Shown one piece after another: positions 9,111-18,731 of a stretch of DNA of 64,000 bases. Source of the stretch: Candidatus Hydrogenedentota bacterium (GTDB lineage: Bacteria; Hydrogenedentota; Hydrogenedentia; Hydrogenedentales; SLHB01); NCBI GenBank assembly GCA_963674865.2, contig CAXXYE010000003.1:26373-90372 (forward strand), in the 5' to 3' direction. Position numbers and translations under genes: made by a program. The notes below the pieces were generated by a model. It ran no database searches. It saw only the letters and a list, made by a program, of their open reading frames with translations, and was not told the DNA's origin. The first letter of the stretch is position 1, and each line of letters opens with the position of its first letter.

Positions 9111-12100
9111 TCGCCGGAAGTACCTCTCCCAAAGGCGTCACGCTAACCTTGCGGCAGTTGACGGAGCGCAGACTCGCTATGCTTGGGCGGTATTGCCTAT
9201 TGCGGGCGTTCCCGGACCTCGGAATGTCTGCCTTCTTGCGGGCGTCGAGCATGTGAACACACTCCAAGCGTCCGGCCTGTTCTTGAGAGACTCCCCGAAC
9301 CACGTACAACTCTCGGGCAACCTCCCCATCTTCTGTTTTCACGTCCACCTCAATCGTGTCTCCCTGCGTGAGCGAAAAGAGGAAATGCCGTCGAGGCTCC
9401 GATGTTCGGTGCACAATCGGCTCTTCGCTGCGCAGGCGTTGATGGGCCTCCAGCCGTGTCACGACGGCGCCTTGCCACTGCTTTGCTTCGCCTTGGGCGT
9501 CGAGAACGGCCACGACCTCCACGTGGCTGTTGCCGCGTGTCCAGACATGCCGGGTGCTATGGCCGTGTCCTATGGCCGTGGTCTTTCTCTTGTACCTGAG
9601 CCGCGCTTTGTGAATGGGAATGCGCCGGCCGTTTCTCGCTTCGATATGTGGATGATTCTCCGGGAATTCCAGTTTCTTGACGTCGCCCAGCTCCTCGATC
9701 TTCTCGCGCACCTTCTCCCTGATGTGGTCGTCCACAATGGCCGCAACGTCCCCCGCGCTCAAGTCCTTCAACGGCTTCCGCACGTAGGCCCATCCGTCCT
9801 CGGCAGGGGCCTCTCCGTAGAACGTTTCTTCGTGTAGGCTGCCCCGGATCTTCCGGGATACGCGGTGCGATACCACAATGTGATCGATGCATCCCTGAAC
9901 ATCCCGCAGGAAGCCGTCCCAGGGCGTCTCCAAGAGCTTCCACCATCCTCGGCTCCGGCCTTTTTCGTGTAGCTGCCGCTCCGAAGCCTTGCTCATCGCG
10001 GCCACCGTCCGGCGATCCGTCAGCGCAATCACCACAGCGTCGATGGCGTGGTGCCGGTGATCGGCGCGTGATTTCCCGCCGCCGTCGCCGAGGATCTTGT
10101 TCAGGTTCCAGGCCCCGCGCAGATAGGCCGTTACCTTGCCCGGACTGACCTGCACGCGGCTCCGCGCCGCCTCGCCGTAGAGCCAGGCCAAGTACTTCAT
10201 CGCCTCGCGGCCCGCGTAGCGCGTGTCGTTGAGCTTGCTCGACGCGAAGTCATCGAAAGGATCAAGATTCCGCAGTTGGAAGCGTTCGAGTTTTGCTTTC
10301 GCCGCGTCTCCCCGAAACTGCTTGACGCGATCGACGATCTCTTCCCACCTGTCCGAATCGCCGCCGTAGGCCTCAAAGGGCGTCTTGTTGCCTTTCCGAC
10401 TCTGGTTTTCCTCGTGGTAGCAAAGCGTCTTGTTGAGGAAGGAATCATCCAGGCAGCGGCTGAAGGGGATGATGTGCTCCACGTCAAACTGCGGGTGAGC
10501 ACCCACAAGCCCGGCAATGGAGATAGGTTTGCCCGTGTAGGGGCACTTCATATTCGACTCAATGGCCAACAGGACCTTCTCGATATCGGCCCGGCTCGGT
10601 TCTTTGTTGCCCGTCTCGTCCAAGATGAGCCTCGCGGCGTCTTTGCGCTTGGACTCGCGCTTGCGGCTGTTTTCCCATATCCGCTTGCGCTGCTCGCGCG
10701 GATTCTTCAAGTCTCGCGCCAGTTCCAGGCGGATGGCATCCGGCTTCCCGTATTTCCTGATGACTGCATTCACCACCTTGCGCAACTCGGTGAGCGCGCG
10801 GTGAACCGCCGGATTGCGCAGCGTCAGGCCTGCATCGTCCACCGAGGGCAGCTCGTCCACCGCCAGCTTCTGCCATTCCCGCGGATAGATCTCCGCCTTG
10901 GCCGTGGCAAAGGCCGTGCCCTCTTCCATAATAGGCAGCAGTTTGCGCAAGGCCCGGCGTGATAACGCGCTGTAGCCCTTCTCCAACTGCACTTTTCCGA
11001 AGGCGGCCGCCGCTTCCGGATCCAGTGCCCATACCTCTCGCCCCCGCCGCGCCAAGACCGATTCCTTCTGAATACTCCGCACGTCGTCAATGATGCTTTC
11101 CCGTTCGGCGTCACACAGCGAGTCCCAGCGCGCTCCAAAGATCTTGCGCAGTCGTGCGGCGGTGCGGTTGCCTGGCAGCTTCTTTTCCCCGCCCCGCTCG
11201 AGATTGAATTCGCACCCCTTCAGCTTCAGTAGTGTCCTGATGCTCCCGAAGGTGGCATCCTCCTGTTGCTCCAATTTGTCTAGGAGCTTCGCCCGCTCCT
11301 CGGGCGTCAACGGCCTAGGTTGCCCCTCTGGTGGGTGAACGCGCAGATCGTTGACCTTTTGCAGCAGCCGGAATCGCTGCGCTTCCGGGAGCGCCAGTGC
11401 CGCCCGTTTTCGCCCTTTCTCAAGCTCGCACTTGCCGATAAGGTGCTTCGCGCTCTTGAGCGGACGCTGGTAGAAGATCGCCCGGCGCACCTGCCGGTGT
11501 AGCTTCTCCGTCAGCAGTTCAGGATGATATGCCTGCTGTGCTTGCCAAAGAGCATCAAACTCTTCCTCGTACATCCGCCGCGCCGTCAAGCGCTTCCTGA
11601 GCCGCCGCTCCAGAATGGGATCAACTTTGGCGAGGTATTCGCCTAGCGTGCGAGCGCCTGCCTTCTGAATCAGTCCCGCCAGCTCACTGATCGCGGGCCC
11701 GACTTTGCCCTTTTCGTCATCATCGAGAGGCGTCTTGCGGTTGCTCAAGTATCCGCGTCGCTGTGCCAAGTGGTACAGAGCGCGGCCGAAGGCATGCAAC
11801 TCAAGCCGTTCATCCAGTCCGCGTGCTCGGAGGAAGTACGGCAACTGAGTCAGGGCCGGGCGAAGCGGCGCGTCGGCCGCCGTTTCCGCCTCGAACGCCT
11901 TGTAGAGTTCATTGTCTAGTTTGGCCAGGAGTGCGTGGCGTTCCGCGCCCCCCTTTACATCCCCGGGCGGCAGGAGTCCTGAACGCTGCAATAGGCCGGC
12001 CAGTTTCCGCATCCGCCGCGCCTGCCTGTCCGTTTGACGCCGTCGCTGCCGGGCCTCCCGCCGTTTTGCGGAGCGGGCCTCATCTTTGCCGGACTCGATC

Positions 12101-12249
12101 TGCCCCTCGACGCCTGCCTCGAATACTCGCACGCCGGTGGCCACCAGTCCGACAGGCTGCCCATCCTGGTAGGAGACGAGCGCCCATCCCAATGAGTTTG
12201 CCCCCAGGTCCAGTCCTAGAATTCGTTCACCACCACCGCTATTGTCCAT
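9103..12249 (-). CDS. cas9: Cas9, compact type II-C-size (1048 aa from ATG 12249)
   Basis: RuvC-I ILGLDLGANSLGWALV. Arg-rich bridge helix SAKRREARQRRRQTDRQARRMRKL. RuvC-II IRLELARDL. HNH DVEHIIPFSRCLDDSFLNKTLCYHEENQSRKGNKTPFE. RuvC-III DHRHHAIDAVVIA. SD GAGGGA is ~8 nt before ATG 12249. No csn2 or cas4 is present. Confidence 0.95.
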   Translation of the reverse strand: MDNSGGGERILGLDLGANSLGWALVSYQDGQPVGLVATGVRVFEAGVEGQIESGKDEARSAKRREARQRRRQTDRQARRMRKLAGLLQRSGLLPPGDVKGGAERHALLAKLDNELYKAFEAETAADAPLRPALTQLPYFLRARGLDERLELHAFGRALYHLAQRRGYLSNRKTPLDDDEKGKVGPAISELAGLIQKAGARTLGEYLAKVDPILERRLRKRLTARRMYEEEFDALWQAQQAYHPELLTEKLHRQVRRAIFYQRPLKSAKHLIGKCELEKGRKRAALALPEAQRFRLLQKVNDLRVHPPEGQPRPLTPEERAKLLDKLEQQEDATFGSIRTLLKLKGCEFNLERGGEKKLPGNRTAARLRKIFGARWDSLCDAERESIIDDVRSIQKESVLARRGREVWALDPEAAAAFGKVQLEKGYSALSRRALRKLLPIMEEGTAFATAKAEIYPREWQKLAVDELPSVDDAGLTLRNPAVHRALTELRKVVNAVIRKYGKPDAIRLELARDLKNPREQRKRIWENSRKRESKRKDAARLILDETGNKEPSRADIEKVLLAIESNMKCPYTGKPISIAGLVGAHPQFDVEHIIPFSRCLDDSFLNKTLCYHEENQSRKGNKTPFEAYGGDSDRWEEIVDRVKQFRGDAAKAKLERFQLRNLDPFDDFASSKLNDTRYAGREAMKYLAWLYGEAARSRVQVSPGKVTAYLRGAWNLNKILGDGGGKSRADHRHHAIDAVVIALTDRRTVAAMSKASERQLHEKGRSRGWWKLLETPWDGFLRDVQGCIDHIVVSHRVSRKIRGSLHEETFYGEAPAEDGWAYVRKPLKDLSAGDVAAIVDDHIREKVREKIEELGDVKKLEFPENHPHIEARNGRRIPIHKARLRYKRKTTAIGHGHSTRHVWTRGNSHVEVVAVLDAQGEAKQWQGAVVTRLEAHQRLRSEEPIVHRTSEPRRHFLFSLTQGDTIEVDVKTEDGEVARELYVVRGVSQEQAGRLECVHMLDARKKADIPRSGNARNRQYRPSIASLRSVNCRKVSVTPLGEVLPAND

Positions 12250-12274
12250 CTGATGCTTCCCTCGCACATTCTCC

Positions 12275-12303
12275 TTGACGCCAGTCCTAATACGGTGTAA
12301 GAT
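12275..12303 (+). promoter_or_regulatory. Candidate sigma70-type promoter of the tracrRNA
   Basis: TTGACG (12275..12280), 17 nt, TAAGAT (12298..12303). The predicted TSS at ~12310 coincides with the first nucleotide of the anti-repeat. It is divergent from cas9. Confidence 0.55.
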
Positions 12304-12309
12304 AGCCAT

Positions 12310-12430
12310 AGTATACCTGAGCGGCGGTTGTCGGCAAATCATAGTAATGAGGCAATCGTCTCGCAGGGCAACGCTTCACAGCTTCAAGCTGTCAAGCGCC
12401 CTACCGGCCCTCTCTATGGGGGCTTTTTCT
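12310..12430 (+). ncRNA. Predicted tracrRNA
   Basis: 12310..12345 AGTATACCTGAGCGGCGGTTGTCGGCAAATCATAGT pairs with the whole 36-nt repeat: 29 Watson-Crick pairs, 5 G-U pairs and a 2-nt internal mismatch. Then come hairpin GAGGC-aauc-GUCUC (12350..12363), a long interrupted hairpin (12365..12403, core ACAGCT-tca-AGCTGT) and a GGCCC/GGGCT stem followed by TTTTTCTTT. Confidence 0.8.
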
Positions 12431-12595
12431 TTGAGGAACTTGGCGGCGCGCCGCGTCGATCTTCGTCGCCTTCCGCCAAAGGCGTGGACGGCGGCTCAGG
12501 ATCCGTCCCACGGACATTCGACGGTGCAGGTGGGGCGCGCCGTGATCTTCCCAGATCCGCACGTAAGCCGGGCAGGTTTCGCGCCAATCGAGGGA

Positions 12596-12759
12596 ATATG
12601 CAGGCTGGAAGCCTGCGCCACAATAGGGCCTTTCTTGGGACTGTGGCAAGCGGTTCCTGACAAAGGGCGAGCGCGCCGGAGATTGTAGCGCGGGCATCCT
12701 GCCTGCTTCCGGCGCGCGTGCTTGGGATTCAGGACCACGCTTACGTGCGGATTCTGGAT
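12596..12759. repeat. Dispersed hairpin-repeat family R1, copy a
   Basis: GCAGGCTGGAAGCCTGCGCCACAAT ... CCGGAGATTGTAGCGCGGGCATCCTGCCTGC ... GGCGCGCGTGCTTGGGATTCAGGACCACGC..GCGGATTCTGG. It is homologous to 29785..30036. Confidence 0.85.
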
Positions 12760-12832
12760 CTTCCGAACCCCTTGCGTTCCAAGGTGGTACGTGCGATAGT
12801 GTGAACAGGTTGCCAACCGTGGGAGGTGAGGG

Positions 12833-14281
12833 GTGACTAAGGCGGAACCACAGTGCCTGAGTGTCCGGCAAGAGGAGCCGGCGTACGGTACGCCAAAGGG
12901 CTCCAACGTGCAGTCTTTCCTGCTGCACAGCCGTCTGTTGGGCACCCGCCTGTACATCCATGCCCTCGTCCGCTTCATCGTCGTCGGCTGTATGATCGGC
13001 GGCGCGTTCTTCGCCCAGGATGTTGTGGGCATCGAAGGCCTCAGCGTGTCGAGCCTGGCGCTTCTCGGCATTCTCCTGGGCCTCTATAACATCGTCATCT
13101 TCGCGGTGGTTCGGCGCTACTACCAGGACACGGAGGCCACCGCGTCTTCTTACCCTTTTCTGACGCGGCTCATGCACACCACCATCGCCGCGGATTTCGT
13201 CTTCCTCACGACGGCGCTGTGGCTTGTGGGCGGGGCCAAGTCGCCATTCAAGGCTTTCTACGTCATCCACGTGATTATCGCGGTGATCCTACTGTCTCCG
13301 CGGGCGGCGTTCGCGCACGCCCTGTTCGGCTTTTTGCTGCTCACGGGACTTGTGGTGGGCCAATGGCTCGGATGGATTCCCGTCCTCATGCCGCTGGGAG
13401 CCGTGAACAGCACCGCCCCCCTGGACGGCCGCTACGTCATCACCGTGTTAGTGGTCCAGGGCATGCTGATGGCGCTTACCTTGTTCTTGCTGACTGGACT
13501 GGTGCACCTTCTTCGGAGCGGCGAACAGCGGCTTCGGACGGCCAACACGGAACTCGAGCGGCTTTCGGAAATGCACCGCGCCTTCCTGCACATCGCCATC
13601 CACGATCTGAAGGCTCCCGTGTCGGCGGCTACGATGCTCCTGGACACGCTTGAGACGGGCGGGCAGAGCCCGTTGACGGATGAGCAGCGGCTCATCATGG
13701 GCCGCGTCCACGCGCGTCTCGAGGAGGTGACGGCCTTCCTGCGGGATTTCGAGGTGCTCGCCGCCCTGGAAACGGCAAGTATCGAGAAACATGGGAGCGC
13801 CGTGGACATCTCCGCCCTGGTGCAGGAAGTGGCGGCGGAGAATACGGACTTGGCGAAGCTGCACGGGCACACGCTTTCCGTCGAGTTGAAGGAGGCGCTG
13901 CCGCAAGTGTACGGAATCGAGCGGCTGATTCACGAAGCCGTGGCCAACCTCATCACCAATGCCATCAAATACACGCCGGACGGCGGAAGCATCATGGTTC
14001 GCGGCCTGCCGTGCAATGGCTATGTCTGCGTCGCCGTCGAGGACAACGGCGTGGGCATTCGGCCGGAGGATCAGGGCCGGCTGTTTCAGGAATTCGTCCG
14101 GATCCGGCGGGCGGAGCAGGCCTCCGCGAAGATGCTGAGCAGTGGCTTGGGCCTTTCGATTGTGAAGAGAATCATCGAGGCCCACGGAGGCAAGGTCGAA
14201 GTCGACAGCGAACCGAACAAGGGCAGCATCTTCACGATACGGCTCCCGCTCGACGCGGGACGAAGCACCGCGCGTAACTGA
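12833..14281 (+). CDS. Membrane-bound sensor histidine kinase
   Basis: Several N-terminal hydrophobic segments. HisKA H-box FLHIAIHDLKAPV. HATPase_c N/G boxes (NLITNAIKYTPDGG, DNGVGI, GLGLSIVKRI). Start (GTG 12833) is uncertain. Confidence 0.8.
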   Translation: MTKAEPQCLSVRQEEPAYGTPKGSNVQSFLLHSRLLGTRLYIHALVRFIVVGCMIGGAFFAQDVVGIEGLSVSSLALLGILLGLYNIVIFAVVRRYYQDTEATASSYPFLTRLMHTTIAADFVFLTTALWLVGGAKSPFKAFYVIHVIIAVILLSPRAAFAHALFGFLLLTGLVVGQWLGWIPVLMPLGAVNSTAPLDGRYVITVLVVQGMLMALTLFLLTGLVHLLRSGEQRLRTANTELERLSEMHRAFLHIAIHDLKAPVSAATMLLDTLETGGQSPLTDEQRLIMGRVHARLEEVTAFLRDFEVLAALETASIEKHGSAVDISALVQEVAAENTDLAKLHGHTLSVELKEALPQVYGIERLIHEAVANLITNAIKYTPDGGSIMVRGLPCNGYVCVAVEDNGVGIRPEDQGRLFQEFVRIRRAEQASAKMLSSGLGLSIVKRIIEAHGGKVEVDSEPNKGSIFTIRLPLDAGRSTARN

Positions 14282-14319
14282 TTATTGGGGGGCGGCTTTC
14301 AGGCCGCACCTCCAGACGC

Positions 14320-15189
14320 CTACTGGTAGGTCTTGATGATGGCCGCGTTGTCGAGGCCGCCCCAGCCCTTCTCGATGGCTTCCTTAAGCAGGGCCGCGTG
14401 CAGCTCGGAGACGGGCACGCGTGCGCCCGCGCCGGCGGCGAGTTCGATGATCAGGCGCACGTCCTTCGCATGCTGGGCGAGCCGGGCCTGCGGCTTAAAC
14501 TCCCGCGCGAGCATCCTGTCCCCTTTGGTGTCCATCACGCGCGAATAGGCGCCGCCCGACTTGAGGATGTCGAGCATCTGCCGCGAGTCCATACCTGTCT
14601 TTTCGGCGAGGGCAAGCCCTTCGGCCAGGACGAGCCGGTTCAGGCCGAGCACGAGATTGGCGACAAGCTTGGCCTGATGGCCTTGGCCGGCGCGGCCGAG
14701 AAAGAACACCTTGCTCGCGAAGGCCTGGACGATGTCTATGTAGTCGGCCGCGGCGGATTCGGCGTCGCCGACGAGCGCCACGGCGTCGCCGTCCGCAATG
14801 ACGTGGCTGGAGCCGATCAGCGGCACATCGATGAAGCGCACTTGGTGCTCCCGGAGCTTGGCGTGGTGGCTCTCCGTAGCCTGTGGCTCCGCCGTCGTCG
14901 TATCGAGAATGGTCGTGCCTTCGGAGCACAGCGGCGCGATGCCGTCGCCCCCCCAGAGCACCGTGTCCACGGCGGGCGAGTCGGTGAGGCTCAACAGGAC
15001 GACACGGCATCCATCCGCCGCGCCGGAGGCATCGGCAGCGACCTCCACGCCAAGCTGCCTTGCCAGAGTTCGGGCGGCTTCATCGACATCGAATCCCTTG
15101 ACGACGTAGCCTGCGTCGAGCAAGCGCCTCGCGAGCGCCTTGCCGACGAGTCCCAGTCCGATAAGTCCAATGGATTCACGGCGTGCCAT
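14320..15189 (-). CDS. NAD(P)-dependent dehydrogenase, 3-hydroxyisobutyrate/6-phosphogluconate dehydrogenase-like family
   Basis: N-terminal Rossmann motif IGLIGLGLVGKALARRLLDAGYVVKGFDV and a length of 289 aa typical of the family. Confidence 0.7.
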   Translation of the reverse strand: MARRESIGLIGLGLVGKALARRLLDAGYVVKGFDVDEAARTLARQLGVEVAADASGAADGCRVVLLSLTDSPAVDTVLWGGDGIAPLCSEGTTILDTTTAEPQATESHHAKLREHQVRFIDVPLIGSSHVIADGDAVALVGDAESAAADYIDIVQAFASKVFFLGRAGQGHQAKLVANLVLGLNRLVLAEGLALAEKTGMDSRQMLDILKSGGAYSRVMDTKGDRMLAREFKPQARLAQHAKDVRLIIELAAGAGARVPVSELHAALLKEAIEKGWGGLDNAAIIKTYQ

Positions 15190-15201
15190 GGTGCGGTTCC
15201 C

Positions 15202-16038
15202 TCATGCTTGTCCTGTGGTGGCGGCATGTGCGTGCAAGGCCGTGATGAGGTCCTCCACGTCAAACACGAAGCCGTAAGACAGGGCGACGCGCCACAGGGC
15301 CAGCTCCTTGCACACTTCGTCCCGGGCCGACCCTTTGCTTTCGACGGCCGTCGTGGCCTGGCGCAAGGCGGAGCAGAGCAGGCCGTACCTCTGCATCTCG
15401 GCCATCCCGCCGGGGGACAACAGGAGGCACCAATTAATGGCGAAACCGGCGTAGACGAGGTGGTTGACGCCCGACTCCTTGCACAAGGCGAACAACTGGC
15501 GGCCGTTCTCCGCGATGCCTTCCTCGCCCTGGGGCCGTGCCTGGGGAAGGAAGTCGATCTTCTTGCAGCCGCGCTCGATGTCGGGCGCATTGTCCGCGCC
15601 GGGGTGGACGTTGTCGTGGCGAAACCGGCGAAGGGCCTCGTGCGCGGGATCGGCTACGACCTTCTCTAAGGGGGGAGGCTCGGGGCCGGCCAGGTCGCGC
15701 GCGCGCTGGTAGCCGGAATAGGACTTGAAGTACTCCCCGCCGCCGACGACGTGGAAGAGAGGCAGCCCGGAGGCACGCACGGCTTCGAGGAGGCCGGGAA
15801 AGATGGTGCGGGCAATTTCATTCGCGCGGGGGATGTAGGGAACCGTTCGATACCAGCCGGGGTGCTCCTCGAAGGAGCCGGTGTCCCAGGCGTGCATGAC
15901 AACGACGGCGGTGTGCCCGGGGGCGAAATCGAGGGCTTTCTTCTTCCAGCCGCCAAATGCCTCCTCGGGCACATCGAGGTCAAAATCGGCATCGAAGTGC
16001 TGGTAGTACCACGCGGGAATGGGCCACGGCTCGGACAT
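15202..16038 (-). CDS. Isochorismatase/cysteine-hydrolase-like protein (tentative)
   Basis: TAVVVMHAWD and GVNHLVYAGFAINWCLLLS resemble the family's beta-strand and Cys motifs. ATG 16038 has GGAGAA 6 nt upstream and is preferred over TTG 16065. Confidence 0.35.
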   Translation of the reverse strand: MSEPWPIPAWYYQHFDADFDLDVPEEAFGGWKKKALDFAPGHTAVVVMHAWDTGSFEEHPGWYRTVPYIPRANEIARTIFPGLLEAVRASGLPLFHVVGGGEYFKSYSGYQRARDLAGPEPPPLEKVVADPAHEALRRFRHDNVHPGADNAPDIERGCKKIDFLPQARPQGEEGIAENGRQLFALCKESGVNHLVYAGFAINWCLLLSPGGMAEMQRYGLLCSALRQATTAVESKGSARDEVCKELALWRVALSYGFVFDVEDLITALHAHAATTGQA

Positions 16039-16184
16039 TGCATCTTCTCCCGGGAGGTCCTGCAATTCGCCGAGAGTCTAACGAAAAACGATGAGAAAGT
16101 GAAGCCGCTTTGAACTGCCCGCCCACCCCTGCTAGATTGGCGTGGATTCCGCGATGAACCTGCCAAGCCTATGAGGATGCAGAT

Positions 16185-17273
16185 ATGGATTCACCATTTT
16201 CCGTCCAGGCAGCGCCGGATTGGGAGGCCCTTAAGGCCTGCTTGCTCCGCGAAGGGACGCCGAAGCGCGTACACCACATCGAGTTATTTCTCGACGCCGA
16301 GATACAGGACGCGATCTGTGAGCGCTACGGTGTGCTCGATGGGTTGAATCCGGGCGATCCTTACTTCGCCGAGCGGAAGCAGATTGCCCTACAGTCTTTC
16401 CTCGGATACGACTTCATCCGGTGCGGCGTCGAGCGCCTGGAAATGCCGCTCCACTACTGCACGGCGGACGACACGGCTTCGCTGAAGCGGGACGGCGGCC
16501 GCGGCTTCATGAATGAGCACCGGGGGCCCATCACGAACTGGGAGGAGTTTGAGGCATATCCATGGCCCGATCCTTCCTCTGCGTCCGCAAGGGCGCTCGA
16601 GTTCTACGAAGAGAATCTTCCGGAAGGCATGTGCATCATCGGGGGCGGGGGCTTTGCCCATTACGCGGAATATCTAACTTGGCTTATGGGCTACGAGACG
16701 CTTTGCTACGCCCTGTACGAGCAGCGGGATCTCGTCCAGGCTATCGCGGATCGGCTCAATGAGATTTTCCGCGTAGTGCTTGAACAGATGTTATCCTTTG
16801 AATGCGTCAAATTCGTCTGGGGCAGCGACGACATGGGCTTTCGCGGCGGCACGCTGATCAGTCCGGACGACCTGCGCGAGTTTGTGCTTCCCGGACACAA
16901 GCTCATGGCCGCTATGTCGCACGACACGGGACGGCCCTACCTACTCCACGCCTGCGGCAACCTGGCGGCCGTGATGGACGACTTGATCGACGACGTGGGA
17001 ATCGACGCCAAACACTCCTTCGAGGATACGATTGAGGACGTGCGCAACGCCAAGCGCGCCTACGGGCAGCGCATTGCCTTGCTGGGGGGCATCGACGTGG
17101 ACTTCCTGTGCCGCGCGAGCGAGGCCGAGGTGCGGCAGCGCGTGCGCGACACGCTCGACGTGTGCATGCCGGGCGGCGGCTACTGCCTCGGCACCGGCAA
17201 CAGCGTCGCCAACTATATCCCGGTGGACAATTACCTGGCCATGCTCGACGAGGGCCGGAAGCACGCGTCGTAA
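16185..17273 (+). CDS. Uroporphyrinogen-decarboxylase (URO-D) family protein
   Basis: 362 aa. URO-D/MtaA-like layout (FVWGSDDMGFRGGTLISPDDLREFVLP, LLHACGN, DAKHSFED). A candidate promoter TTGAAC-17-TAGATT lies at 16110..16138. Confidence 0.6.
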   Translation: MDSPFSVQAAPDWEALKACLLREGTPKRVHHIELFLDAEIQDAICERYGVLDGLNPGDPYFAERKQIALQSFLGYDFIRCGVERLEMPLHYCTADDTASLKRDGGRGFMNEHRGPITNWEEFEAYPWPDPSSASARALEFYEENLPEGMCIIGGGGFAHYAEYLTWLMGYETLCYALYEQRDLVQAIADRLNEIFRVVLEQMLSFECVKFVWGSDDMGFRGGTLISPDDLREFVLPGHKLMAAMSHDTGRPYLLHACGNLAAVMDDLIDDVGIDAKHSFEDTIEDVRNAKRAYGQRIALLGGIDVDFLCRASEAEVRQRVRDTLDVCMPGGGYCLGTGNSVANYIPVDNYLAMLDEGRKHAS

Positions 17274-17294
17274 CCAGCGCTCTTGCCGGGCTGC

Positions 17295-18731
17295 TTATAC
17301 GAAGGCCTGGCGTCCCTCGCCGCGCGGCCCTACCAAATCCGTCTGCCCCTTACCTCGGACGGCCTGCCGCGCGCCGTCCAGGGAAGGCTTGACGTATTCC
17401 ATGAACCACGCCTCCAGCCGCGCCCGCATTGCCGTCGCGATCTCGGCGTATCGCGCATCGTCCACGAGATTCTCCTCTTCCCGTGGATCCTCCGCGAGGC
17501 AGTAGAGTTCATGCGGGCCGTAGGGATAGCGGTGGATGTATTTCCATTCGCGATCGCGGATCATGCGCACGGGCCCGTACTCGTCGCACACGACCACCGC
17601 CTCATGCCCGCCCTGTCCGGCGCCGCGCAGGACGTGGGCGAAGCTCCGGCCCGGAAGGGGCTCCGTGGCGGGAGCCTCCAGGCCTAGGTAGTCGAGCAGC
17701 GTCGGCATGAAATCGTACTGGCTGAGGAGGTCGGAGTTAACCACACCGGCCGGCACGCGCCCGGGACAACGGGCGATGAAGGGGACTTTCACCGACTCCT
17801 CGAACATGTTCATCGGGAAAGTGCCGTTGCCCTTGCCGCGGATGCCGTGGTGGCCCATATTGAAGCCGTTATCGCTCAGAGAGAAGACAAGCGTGTTATC
17901 GGCGATGCCGAGGGCGTCCAGCTTGTCGAGGATACGGCCGATGGCCGCGTCCATCGCCGTGATCGTCGTGAAATAGCCTTGGATTGTCTCGTGCCGCTCC
18001 TCTGGCGTCGGATCCCATCCGCCCCATGGATGGGGCGGTACGGCGGGCACGGAGGAGAACTCGACATCGGCGTAGGAGCGCCAGATCTCGGGCGGCTGCT
18101 CCTCCTCGCGCCAGGGGGCGTGGGGCGCCGTGTAATGCACGTTCAGGCAGAAGGGCTGCTCGCCGCGGCCGTAGCGATCCAGGAAGGCGATGCCGCGATC
18201 CGTGAAGACGTCGGTGACGTACTCCGTCTGATGCGTCATCTCGGCGCTGCCGTCGAACATAAAGTAGTTGGTATAGCTGTCGCCTCCCAGGGAGTGCGTG
18301 TGCCAGTAGGAGTAACTCTTCTGGGGCGTGCCGCTGGCGCCGAGATGCCACTTGCCGGAGAAGCCGCAGCGGTAGCCGTTTGCGGCCAGCACATCGGTGA
18401 AGGCGGTGAGCCCTTCGAGATACTCGATGGCGCGATCCTTGCCCACGCGCGTCACGCCTTCCGGATCCTCGATGTTGCCGTATTTGAGCCAATCGTGTAC
18501 GCCGTGCTGAGAGGGAATTCGGCCCGTCAAGAAGGAGGCTCGCGCCGGGGAACACACGGGCGATGCGCAGAAAAAGTTGTCGAAGCGCGTCCCCTGCGCC
18601 GCGAGGCTGTCGAGCGTGGGCGTCCTCAATTCCGGCGTGCCCGCGCATCCCATGGCCCACGGCCCCTGATCGTCCGACATGATGATCAGGACGTTGGGCC
18701 GGTTATCTTTCGCTCTTTCATTCATCGACAT
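17295..18731 (-). CDS. Arylsulfatase (formylglycine-dependent, Cys-type)
   Basis: NVLIIMSDDQGPWAMGC plus the CSPARASFLTGR sulfatase signature. The true start MSMNERAK is at 18731 (SD GAAGGGAG). The 694-aa track ORF is an artefactual N-terminal extension. It overlaps the upstream gene's stop by 10 nt. Confidence 0.88.
   Translation of the reverse strand: MSMNERAKDNRPNVLIIMSDDQGPWAMGCAGTPELRTPTLDSLAAQGTRFDNFFCASPVCSPARASFLTGRIPSQHGVHDWLKYGNIEDPEGVTRVGKDRAIEYLEGLTAFTDVLAANGYRCGFSGKWHLGASGTPQKSYSYWHTHSLGGDSYTNYFMFDGSAEMTHQTEYVTDVFTDRGIAFLDRYGRGEQPFCLNVHYTAPHAPWREEEQPPEIWRSYADVEFSSVPAVPPHPWGGWDPTPEERHETIQGYFTTITAMDAAIGRILDKLDALGIADNTLVFSLSDNGFNMGHHGIRGKGNGTFPMNMFEESVKVPFIARCPGRVPAGVVNSDLLSQYDFMPTLLDYLGLEAPATEPLPGRSFAHVLRGAGQGGHEAVVVCDEYGPVRMIRDREWKYIHRYPYGPHELYCLAEDPREEENLVDDARYAEIATAMRARLEAWFMEYVKPSLDGARQAVRGKGQTDLVGPRGEGRQAFV

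Noticed and set aside
12250-12342. A 31-codon N-terminal extension of the cas9 ORF (MICRQPPLRYTMAILHRIRTGVKENVRGKHQ).
   Set aside because: The extension overlaps the tracrRNA promoter and anti-repeat on the other strand. The conserved RuvC-I motif begins 10 residues after the Met encoded at 12249, which has a good SD.
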